From positions 480,001-544,000 of the forward strand of contig JAVLKG010000004.1 in assembly GCA_032128875.1 (NCBI GenBank): a DNA stretch of 64,000 bases. Direction: 5' to 3'. Under the pieces are notes generated by a model that was given only the letters and a program-made list of their open reading frames with translations, had not been told where the DNA came from and did no database searches. A program made the position numbers and the translations under genes. Numbering within the stretch: position 1 is the first letter of the stretch; every line of letters starts with the position of its first letter. Shown piece after piece: positions 29,970 through 38,242 of the stretch. Source of the DNA: Candidatus Melainabacteria bacterium 17Bon1m (lineage in GTDB: Bacteria; Cyanobacteriota; Vampirovibrionia; Obscuribacterales; Obscuribacteraceae).

Positions 29970-31460
29970 GTGCTGACTAGTCAGGGACAAATTGAAGAAT
30001 TGCTCGATATTGCGCCGGATTGGCGTCAGATCTTCGATTCGCTTTCAAAAGATGCCGGTTTTGCAGATGTCAAAACAGTAGCGGGCTCGCATGCCCAAAA
30101 ACCTAAAAGCGTTGGGCTTTTTGAGCTTTTCGAACGGCTTGGAGCCAAGGCGCTTTACAAGAAAGCTCAATCGCTCAAAGAGGACCGTGAAAAGTTTCTT
30201 GTCCTGGTCCGGAATTTTTATTTGCAGCCTGTGGCAGCAAAAATGGTTGGTAATAACCAGAATTTGAAGAGGTTTTTCGTTCAGCGCCGCGTTGCTGCAG
30301 ATGAGCAAAAGCGACACGCATTATCAATTGCTACGGAGCTGGCTGAAAAACTCGAGGGTGCTGTGCGCAAGCATCTGCTTTCGCAAGCTGAAGATGGCTT
30401 CAAAGTGCTCTTGCCTGCTTATGTTCAACGCTCCGTGCATAATCAAGTAATCGACTATATTCGAGAAGAGTGGGACTGGGAAAAGAGTACCCTGCAGGAT
30501 TTGAATCTCGATCCCGAGCAGGAAGACCCACGCCAGAATACTGCCGACGACAGCCAGTATATGCCCGAAAACCAAGCTCTATCAGGCGAACAGGTAGGTC
30601 AGCTTAACCAGTTGCGAGACATGCTTGAAAAAATGCTCGCCGATAAGAAGAACCAGAAAGAGCCTCTGGAAGTGGTTGACTGTATGTTCGGGCTTGGTCT
30701 TACGAAATTCTCGACAGCTGGAAAAGAGCTGACGATGAGAGAATGCTGCGATATTCTTCAGTTGCCGGGCGAGACGCAAGCAAGAAAAATAGCTCGATGC
30801 CAGGTTTTGCTGGACAAAGGGCTGTCGATGGTGCGAGAAGGAATCAGGCAAAACCTGCCTGGCATCGCCGATTGCTGGCAAAGAGAAACGAATGTCAATC
30901 GGGCCTCGCGCCGAGAACTCAATCAGCAGCTTGGTATGACCGAAAGCGAAGTTGAGCGCTTGATTCTGCAGAGGCAATACCGGCGCCTTCTCGAGCTGGT
31001 AGAAAAATCAATATTGAAAGAACAAAGACTGCAGGAACTCGAAGCAAAAGGTGCTGTGGCTGCATTTGTTCCGGTGGATATCAATTCGGCTACTAATCGC
31101 GATCTCATGGATATCCTCGGGTTGAACAAAGAGACAGCCCAGAAAGTTTGCGAAAGACGCCCCTTTGCGCATCTATCTAATCTAGTCGAGCTGAATTTGT
31201 TAACAGAAAACGCTTTGAAAAACGCGCTAAGCCGCGGCTGTGTACTGAAAGTCGTTATTGAGGGCGGTAAACGCAAAGATATAAATTCGGCGCCGCTGGA
31301 TGAACTAGTTAAGGCAGGTCTTGAGTCTGGGTTGGCAAAGCGCATTGAAAGAGGGCGGCCATTCGGCACCTGGGCGGAACTTGAGGATTATCTGCAGATC
31401 GACCTTAGCAAGGAGCCGGTATTGCGACAAAATTTTTGTTTGGGGATTTTTTCCGACTAA
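29970..31460 (+). CDS. Sigma-70/ECF-like factor fused to three ComEA-type helix-hairpin-helix modules
   Basis: Region-2-like FKVLLPAYVQRSVHNQVIDYIRE; region-4-like MFGLG...ELTMRECCDILQLPGET; repeats NVNRASRREL, DINSATNRDL..RPF, DINSAPLDEL..RPF. Confidence 0.65.
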   Translation: MLTSQGQIEELLDIAPDWRQIFDSLSKDAGFADVKTVAGSHAQKPKSVGLFELFERLGAKALYKKAQSLKEDREKFLVLVRNFYLQPVAAKMVGNNQNLKRFFVQRRVAADEQKRHALSIATELAEKLEGAVRKHLLSQAEDGFKVLLPAYVQRSVHNQVIDYIREEWDWEKSTLQDLNLDPEQEDPRQNTADDSQYMPENQALSGEQVGQLNQLRDMLEKMLADKKNQKEPLEVVDCMFGLGLTKFSTAGKELTMRECCDILQLPGETQARKIARCQVLLDKGLSMVREGIRQNLPGIADCWQRETNVNRASRRELNQQLGMTESEVERLILQRQYRRLLELVEKSILKEQRLQELEAKGAVAAFVPVDINSATNRDLMDILGLNKETAQKVCERRPFAHLSNLVELNLLTENALKNALSRGCVLKVVIEGGKRKDINSAPLDELVKAGLESGLAKRIERGRPFGTWAELEDYLQIDLSKEPVLRQNFCLGIFSD

Positions 31461-31538
31461 TTTTCCGGGCTTGCCCGTTGACCTACCTGTGGAAGGACAC
31501 GCGCCTCCAACTGGGACTGTAACTAGAGGGTTTGTGAG

Positions 31539-32756
31539 ATGGCTAGCAAAGTAGAGATTTGCCCGGAAGTAGCCCGCATGGCTCAAGTAAAGGTGCGCTC
31601 GCTCGGAGCCTCTCTGGCTAATGAGCTGTCCCGCTTGATTGCAGAGGAATCGATCCTCTCCATAGATCCTGAAGTGGACCTGGTTGTCGAGGCCGCCAAT
31701 ACATTGACTGAAATCGACGCGCTCGTTTCTGCCGCCGGCGTAAATGGAATTGGCGTAAATGGACGCGAAATAGATGTGCGACCGCTATCTCAAGATGGTT
31801 TTGTTTCGGTTCCGCGTTTGCTAATCGGAACACCTTATTTATCGGCAGGCACACTGGTTGTGCAATTGAGCGGTCATAGCGGGCAAGTCGTGGCCCATTT
31901 GGGACCGGGAAGTTTCCTCGCTCAAGAAGATAAAGCCGGTAATGACGACTATGTACATGTACGAGTCAACATCGACCCCTCGTTTGACCTGGAGAAAACT
32001 CTTGTGGCGCTTGTCCATGCGCCGGTTGTAGATTTTGGTCAAAACCTCAAGCACATTCCTGATGAGGCAGAGCTGGCGCGCTTCTTGACAAACAGGCAGC
32101 AAATGATTATGGCTCGCCAAAAGCAAATCGTTACTGCCATCGCCAGCAAAGAAGCCGTGCGCGAGTCATTCTTGAAAGTTTCTGCCGAGAAGCCGTGGAC
32201 AAAACTCTCGCAGATACTGCAATCTAGCGGTGTCTGGGAAGTCCGAACATTGCGCTTTACTCAAAAACTGGTCGAGAAATTTCCGGCATTGAGCCGCGAT
32301 CGTATCAGACACGAGATAAAGAAAGCCGGTGAAGAATTTGGCGGTCAGCCGGAGACGCCTGAATTTAGACGTGAATTGATCAAGCGTTTGACGAAGCTGG
32401 AAGTTGAAGAGCGTTTAAAAACCGCAGCACCAGCCAAAGTAAAGCAAATTATTGACGCCGTAGTCAGTGGGCAGAGCGCGAAAGATGCAGTTAGCGCAAT
32501 AGTTTCAAATAAAGTTGCTGTGGCGATTGCTGTTTCTATTAAGGAGCAGCGCAGCGCCATCGCCGATTTCTGCCACGCTTCGGCCGAAGAAATCGGACTC
32601 GCTTTTGGCAAACTGGCTCTTCAACCAGCATATTCAACGCATAGCTTCGATCCCGAACAGGGCATGGAAGCAATTAATGAAGCTCTGGCACTCTTGGAAG
32701 CCGGTCAGATTGCAGAACAAGCAGAAGACTTGGATATAGATCTGGCATCAAGCTAA
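31539..32756 (+). CDS. Hypothetical protein with DUF1822 (PatU3)-like N-terminus; candidate anti-sigma/partner
   Basis: VNGIGVNGREIDVRP...VSVPRLL..PYL.AGTLVVQL resembles the DUF1822 core; directly downstream of the sigma-like gene. Confidence 0.5.
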   Translation: MASKVEICPEVARMAQVKVRSLGASLANELSRLIAEESILSIDPEVDLVVEAANTLTEIDALVSAAGVNGIGVNGREIDVRPLSQDGFVSVPRLLIGTPYLSAGTLVVQLSGHSGQVVAHLGPGSFLAQEDKAGNDDYVHVRVNIDPSFDLEKTLVALVHAPVVDFGQNLKHIPDEAELARFLTNRQQMIMARQKQIVTAIASKEAVRESFLKVSAEKPWTKLSQILQSSGVWEVRTLRFTQKLVEKFPALSRDRIRHEIKKAGEEFGGQPETPEFRRELIKRLTKLEVEERLKTAAPAKVKQIIDAVVSGQSAKDAVSAIVSNKVAVAIAVSIKEQRSAIADFCHASAEEIGLAFGKLALQPAYSTHSFDPEQGMEAINEALALLEAGQIAEQAEDLDIDLASS

Positions 32757-32776
32757 GACCTTGGTACAATCGCTAC

Positions 32777-33526
32777 ATGTCTCGTGGCGCCAATACAACA
32801 ACTAACTGTCCGGCTTGCAAAAAGCAGAATGACGGGTCCATGCATTTCTGCATTTTTTGCGGAACGGTGCTTAACGCGGCTAAAGCCAAACGCGCCGATA
32901 GGACCTGTGTCAGTTGCGGCCGCTTTGATGAGCTGAATGACAGTTTTTGCATCCATTGCGGAGCTAATACTTCGCAAGGAGTCTCACGCGATTCTATTGA
33001 AATTAGCAATTTAAGAGACGCCAAGCATACGCCTGTGATGTCCACAACGCGCCCGCCTGCTGTGCAGAGCGTAACCAGAAATCGCGTTAAGGCAGTGAGC
33101 GCTCAGGTTGCTCAAGATCGCCTTCGCGCACAAGAAAAGTCTGCAAAAAAATCCGGTGGCACAGTTGTCTGGGCTTGTGCCGGGGCCGTTCTTGGTCTTG
33201 TGCTTGCAGGTTTGGCTTTTCAGTCCGGAGCGCTAGTACAGGCTGCTCGTTTTTGCTTGCCGGGACAGGGCTTGGCGATTTACACAGAAATGCCGGGAAT
33301 GACGGTATTGATTGAAAGTCTTGAGGGCAAAGACTTTATCATTGGCGAAACCAGCTCAAAAGGAACGCTTGTAGTCGACAATCTGTTGAATGAAAAGAGT
33401 TACCGGTTGCGCATGGAAGGACATGGATTCGAAACCGTTTACTTTGCACCTTTTAAATTTGACGCGACGCATGCCTCAATTCTCGGTTATCCAAAGAAGA
33501 TCTCTTTACCACCTCGACATATTTGA
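32777..33526 (+). CDS. Double zinc-ribbon membrane protein with PEGA-like C-terminus
   Basis: CPAC..FCIFCG and CVSC..FCIHCG; one TM; beta-rich tail. Confidence 0.7.
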   Translation: MSRGANTTTNCPACKKQNDGSMHFCIFCGTVLNAAKAKRADRTCVSCGRFDELNDSFCIHCGANTSQGVSRDSIEISNLRDAKHTPVMSTTRPPAVQSVTRNRVKAVSAQVAQDRLRAQEKSAKKSGGTVVWACAGAVLGLVLAGLAFQSGALVQAARFCLPGQGLAIYTEMPGMTVLIESLEGKDFIIGETSSKGTLVVDNLLNEKSYRLRMEGHGFETVYFAPFKFDATHASILGYPKKISLPPRHI

Positions 33527-33592
33527 CCGATATTGCATCTGGCAAATGTTTGCAATTAAGGGAAAATACATAGGAGAGGGAGTTTTTTTCAT

Positions 33593-34951
33593 ATGAAAGG
33601 GTCGGGTCAGGCCGAAAACGCAAAGGTGTGCGCGAGTTGCAAGCGCGCATTGCCTTTTGGCGCCAAGTTTTGTGGTTTTGATGGAACAAGGGTCGACGAT
33701 CTGGCGGAAAACAAAGGCAATGGCACTATAGGCAAACAATGCGCTAAGTGTGGCAAGCAATATCCAGCCTATGCACAGTTTTGCCCGGCGGATGCCTCAA
33801 AGTTAGTAGAAATAAGGTTTGATGCTGGCGAAATTAAACCATCGCCATTTGCAGCTCCGGCCGGTTTTGCACCTCCCCAAGCACCTAGATCGGCTCCTGA
33901 GCCTGTTTCACCAATGTCAGCTTCGCAAGTGCCGACAACACCTGCAGATTTGACCGATACAGCTCCGCCCATTGATGAAGAGCTGGCGCGCTCCGGCGAT
34001 TTCGGGCGCAATCAGGGTGAGCCTCGCAAGCCCACTCAGATGGCAGAGACCTTTGACGATGAAAATACCGGTCTTTTCCATAACTTGATTGGCAAGAAAA
34101 TCGAGGGTAAATACGAAGTTCAGTCCATTCTCGGCGAAGGCGGCATGGCCATCGTCTACAAGGCTTATCACACCAAAATGGAACGCCTGGTTGTGATCAA
34201 GGTCATGCAAGGCTGGCTTTTGTCTAACAAGAATGCCGTTGAGCGTTTTGAGCGCGAGAGTAAAACAACGGCCAAACTCGCTCACCCAAATATAGTCACT
34301 GTTTTCGATTACGGTGTACTGAACGAAAAAGAACCCTATCTTGTGATGGAATACATCAAAGGGGAGTCTCTGGGAGATAAGATCGCGCGTCAGGGAGCTC
34401 TTCCGTTTGCTACCGCTGCCGGTATCATTATCCAGATTTGCCGGGGGCTGCAAGAAGCGCACAGCGTCGGGATCATCCATCGGGATTTGAAGCCAGACAA
34501 TATACTTTTGCAAGATCGCAGTGACAGACCCGATTGGGTCAAAATCGTTGACTTTGGTATTTCCCATCTGGTTCAGGGAGCAAAGCGTCTAACGAAAACC
34601 GGCAAAATGGTTGGTACTCCGGAGTATATTGCACCAGAACAGTTGAAAGACAAGCCTTTAGACATAAGGACCGACCTCTATGCATTGGGCATTATTCTGT
34701 ATGAAACTCTGACTGGAAGAGTTCCATTCGAAGGGGAGAGTGCCGAGGGAATTTTGATGAAGCATTTGCTCGAGCCGCCTCCGCCATTGTCGTTTCATAA
34801 TGATGACTTTGCTGAAGGCACGCCTTTTGATGCAATTATTGCCAAGGCTCTCAGAAAAGAACCCGACGAACGTTACCAAACCGCAACAGAATTTCGCTTA
34901 GACGTCGAGGAGGCTCTCAACAAGGTATTGTTAAAACGCAACTCCAAGTGA
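33593..34951 (+). CDS. Soluble Hanks-type Ser/Thr kinase with two N-terminal zinc ribbons
   Basis: CASC..FCGFD, CAKC..FCPAD; LGEGGMAIVY, VVIK, HRDLKPDN, DFG, GTPEYIAPE. Confidence 0.93.
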   Translation: MKGSGQAENAKVCASCKRALPFGAKFCGFDGTRVDDLAENKGNGTIGKQCAKCGKQYPAYAQFCPADASKLVEIRFDAGEIKPSPFAAPAGFAPPQAPRSAPEPVSPMSASQVPTTPADLTDTAPPIDEELARSGDFGRNQGEPRKPTQMAETFDDENTGLFHNLIGKKIEGKYEVQSILGEGGMAIVYKAYHTKMERLVVIKVMQGWLLSNKNAVERFERESKTTAKLAHPNIVTVFDYGVLNEKEPYLVMEYIKGESLGDKIARQGALPFATAAGIIIQICRGLQEAHSVGIIHRDLKPDNILLQDRSDRPDWVKIVDFGISHLVQGAKRLTKTGKMVGTPEYIAPEQLKDKPLDIRTDLYALGIILYETLTGRVPFEGESAEGILMKHLLEPPPPLSFHNDDFAEGTPFDAIIAKALRKEPDERYQTATEFRLDVEEALNKVLLKRNSK

Positions 34952-34983
34952 TGCTTTCAAAGCGGTAGTTAATAGAGGGAAGG

Positions 34984-35373
34984 ATGACAAGAGAGACCGG
35001 CAGGCCAACAAGAGATGAAGACGGTGCGGCAATTCCGCCGTCGGCGTTGCCAACCCTATCTTCCGGTTCGGATTTGTCCGCCAGGCAACATTTTGAAAAA
35101 GGCTACCAAGAACACCTTTCCGGTCGGCTTGAGGAGGCAATCGTCTGTTACCAGAAGGCGATAGACGCCAAATCAATGTACGAAGCTTTTTTCAACATGG
35201 GGCTTTGCCTGAGAATGGTCGGGCGGCTAACCGAAGCGGAAGCGGCACTCGCTCGTTCGGCCAGCTTGAACCGTCTGTACCGTCCTGCATACAAAGTTCT
35301 GAGTGAAGTGCAAAAAGCGCTGGGTAAAGAAAACGAAGCTCAAGTTTCCTGGTCGCAGTACTCGCGTCTTTAG
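34984..35373 (+). CDS. Small TPR protein
   Basis: GRLEEAIVCYQKAI, AFFNMGLCLRMVGRLTEAEAALARS. Confidence 0.8.
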   Translation: MTRETGRPTRDEDGAAIPPSALPTLSSGSDLSARQHFEKGYQEHLSGRLEEAIVCYQKAIDAKSMYEAFFNMGLCLRMVGRLTEAEAALARSASLNRLYRPAYKVLSEVQKALGKENEAQVSWSQYSRL

Positions 35374-35423
35374 GCGAAGGCCTATCCCCATCGACAAAAT
35401 TTCCGCCCCCGAACGTAGGGGTT

Positions 35424-35492
35424 TGGAAAAAAGGTCGTTAACGGTCTTTTTTCTGGCATTTGGAAAAAAGACCGTTAACGACCTTTTTTCTA
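35424..35492. repeat. Dispersed palindrome, copies 3 and 4 (adjacent, oppositely oriented pair)
   Basis: Cores 35426-35453 (GGTCGTTAACGGTC) and 35463-35490 (GACCGTTAACGACC). Confidence 0.9.
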
Positions 35493-35532
35493 CGACCTAG
35501 ATTTGATGATTTAGTAAATTTGAAGCGGGGCG

Positions 35533-36474
35533 CTAACTAATTGATGTAGCCGCCGACATGGCGTTTACTGGTACGTCAGCCACATTTAACCGAGGCAAGC
35601 GCTCAGCCGATTCAAGAATCCCTGTGATCAGGCGTGGAAGAACGCCCAATTCCTTTTTAACTGTCTTATTGGAGTCGTGTGTAATTTCGGCGCTTACTTC
35701 ATCAAGGAGTTTTTGCATTCTTGCTTCCTTCATTGAACATTGTTCTTGAGCGTAAAGCTGACAGTCCTGCACGGTCACTTTGACGCTTTGTGGTGTGCGA
35801 CAGGATTCGAAAAGTGCTGCAGTGTTTTCTGTGCTTGGAGTCGTCAAAGTCCACGCGAATGTATTGACGCTAAAACCGTTTTCGACTCTGCGCAAAAGAC
35901 GCTCAGCCATAAGAATTGCCTCTGCTCTTGCAGCAAGGATGCTGGTTGAGGCATTGAAGCGATTGTCGGAGGCTGTGACAAAATCTCTTCCCGTCCCGCA
36001 ATGCTTCATTAGCAATGAATATGCGGTTCTTCTGACTTCACGCTCGACGGCGGGCACTCTGTCTAAAGTGACGGTCTGGAATTCATAGTCTACCGGACTG
36101 GGGACATGAGCTGTTTCAGGAAGTGTGCTCTCTCTGGTGACTCTGTGCTTCTCTACCTTCTGAAGGAAGAGTTTCAATGCTTCATCGGGCTTTTTGATGG
36201 GGCGTAGCTGTAATGTCGGAGCCGAACGACTTTCCCATTGTGTTGGCTGTTCTTCGTCCAACTTCGAGATCAACGCTGCTACGGATACAAGTGCTGAGCC
36301 TAAGGGTTTCTTGCCATGACGACCCTTGCCCAAGGTCTTTGCGTGAACAGAGTCGTCAGTTTGTGCTTCAACCTTCGGTTTAAAGCAATCGTAGCTCTCT
36401 AGAGCTGATATGCGAGCGGCTGCAAGATTTGCGCTGGTAAACATAGAATCTGGTCCGTAGTAAGCGGATTTCAA
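35533..36474 (-). CDS. Hypothetical protein
   Basis: 313-aa ORF filling the gap; no recognised motif. Confidence 0.55.
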   Translation of the reverse strand: MKSAYYGPDSMFTSANLAAARISALESYDCFKPKVEAQTDDSVHAKTLGKGRHGKKPLGSALVSVAALISKLDEEQPTQWESRSAPTLQLRPIKKPDEALKLFLQKVEKHRVTRESTLPETAHVPSPVDYEFQTVTLDRVPAVEREVRRTAYSLLMKHCGTGRDFVTASDNRFNASTSILAARAEAILMAERLLRRVENGFSVNTFAWTLTTPSTENTAALFESCRTPQSVKVTVQDCQLYAQEQCSMKEARMQKLLDEVSAEITHDSNKTVKKELGVLPRLITGILESAERLPRLNVADVPVNAMSAATSIS

Positions 36475-36644
36475 TTGGGTATCCCCAATTTAGGATAAAC
36501 AGCGTGAACTTCTCGTAAACAACCCGATTATCCAGAAAAATAATTGCAAAGGCATTTCGATACTCGGCGCGCACTTGAATCGTGCAGAACAGAGTGCATA
36601 TAACACTTTCTGGTTTTGGCTGCTTGCAAAATGCTGAACCTAAG

Positions 36645-37328
36645 CTAACTGGGAGCGCCCCAAACCATTTGCAGTTCTGAAAGCTGCCGCTTTAGCTCGT
36701 TTTTCAAACGTTTGTCGCTCGTGCCATTCGCCTCTGAGCAAATCTGCCACCATCGGCGGTGAGCTATTTTCTTCGACTTGATCGCTTCGTCTTCGCAGAG
36801 CGCAAAAAGGCGGTCCAGCAATTTTCTTGCTTCCGCTTCTTCATCTTCGGTTTCGTAGGTCCTGAGTTGACTGAAAAAGCTCTCGAAATCTTCAGGTCTG
36901 GTTGTACTGCGATTGTCCGCCAGGCACCAGCGAAGACTTAGAGCAATCGCGGGATGAACTCGTCGTAATTCGGCTCTGTACACATCTGAGCGGCGATTAG
37001 CCTGCTCAGGGTAGAACTCGACAGTGCCCGAATTGGGCCAGGGTGCCGCCGAGTCCCTGGGCACTTCGCTGCCTTCTTCATAAATAAGGAAATAGCCCGG
37101 AAAAGATGCAATCAGTAAATTGAACAGATCGTCGCGCAGGTGGCACCAGGCATCCGGAGATAAATGATGACTGAGAACGCTTGCCGCGCCTGCAAAGGCG
37201 GTGTCGATAGTCTTAATCGATTCGAGCACTCTGTGCAAATTAGGCTGCTCACCAGAACTGCGCAAATGACGCCAATAAGCGCTTATATCCTCAAGCGTCA
37301 TTGTGTTTCGTCTTTCACTGCTAGTCAT
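36645..37328 (-). CDS. Hypothetical protein
   Basis: 227-aa ORF with GGAGG SD; no recognised motif. Confidence 0.65.
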   Translation of the reverse strand: MTSSERRNTMTLEDISAYWRHLRSSGEQPNLHRVLESIKTIDTAFAGAASVLSHHLSPDAWCHLRDDLFNLLIASFPGYFLIYEEGSEVPRDSAAPWPNSGTVEFYPEQANRRSDVYRAELRRVHPAIALSLRWCLADNRSTTRPEDFESFFSQLRTYETEDEEAEARKLLDRLFALCEDEAIKSKKIAHRRWWQICSEANGTSDKRLKNELKRQLSELQMVWGAPS

Positions 37329-37472
37329 AGTAAAAGCCTCCAGACCCCCACAATATTTACCCTTTACAAGCCTTCGCCAAACCTATAAATAGGTTTCAGC
37401 ACATCCTTGAGAGGGCACGGCGGACCAGAAAGCCTCACCCCTGCCTATTTATTTTCAGGCTAGCAGTGGCTG

Positions 37473-37500
37473 GAAAAAAGACCGTTAACGGTCTTTTTTC
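37473..37500. repeat. Dispersed palindrome, copy 5 (perfect 28-bp palindrome)
   Basis: GAAAAAAGACCGTTAACGGTCTTTTTTC. Confidence 0.9.
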
Positions 37501-37558
37501 ATTGGCATTATCTACCAGCGGCTTGAAGGTGTTAGCCGGGTGAGCCGGCAGCGACGGG

Positions 37559-38242
37559 TTATTGGTCGACTCGGAATCTGTATCCAATACGCATTTCAGT
37601 GTGAATTAGACGCGGCCGTTCCGGGTGAGTTTCGATCTTGTTTCTCAGATTGGCGATGTGCACTCTTAACGTATGGTGATCTTCGCTGTACTCCGGTCCC
37701 CACACCTTTGTCAGCAATTGCCTGTGGGTGAGGACTCTGTTTGGCTGCAAAATCATGTATTTGAGCAGGTCGTACTCTTTAGGCGTGAGATGCACTTCCA
37801 TTTCGTCTATAGAAACCAATCTCTTCGCCATATCAACAAAAAGTCCCTGATATGAGAAAGTTGATTCTGCCTCTTTCTCTTCGCTGTTGGCACGGCGCAA
37901 TACCGCTCGCATGCGGGCAAGCAATTCTCCCAGACCAAAAGGTTTGATCAAATAGTCGTCCGCACCAAGATCTAGGGCTTTTATTTTTTCTTCTTCGCCC
38001 TCTCGAACCGTAAGAACGATGACAGGGATCTTCGACCATTCACGTAATTGCTTCAAAACGGTGAATCCATCTGTACCTGGAAGAGCCAAGTCCAAAATCA
38101 ATAAATCTGGAATTTTCAATGCAGCAACATCCAAGCCTTCCTCACCATTGGCTGCCAGCATTACTTCATAGCCGTTATGCTCCAGCCCCGCCCTTAATGC
38201 GCGCCTGATTTGTGGTTCGTCATCAATCACTAGAACTTTCAT
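37559..38242 (-). CDS. KdpE-like response regulator
   Basis: VIDDEPQIRRAL, LTPKEYDLL, VLTHRQLLTKVWG, TLRVHIANLR. Confidence 0.85.
   Translation of the reverse strand: MKVLVIDDEPQIRRALRAGLEHNGYEVMLAANGEEGLDVAALKIPDLLILDLALPGTDGFTVLKQLREWSKIPVIVLTVREGEEEKIKALDLGADDYLIKPFGLGELLARMRAVLRRANSEEKEAESTFSYQGLFVDMAKRLVSIDEMEVHLTPKEYDLLKYMILQPNRVLTHRQLLTKVWGPEYSEDHHTLRVHIANLRNKIETHPERPRLIHTEMRIGYRFRVDQ

Noticed and set aside
35424-35492. CRISPR array
   Set aside because: Only two units separated by 9 bp, oppositely oriented, and no cas genes
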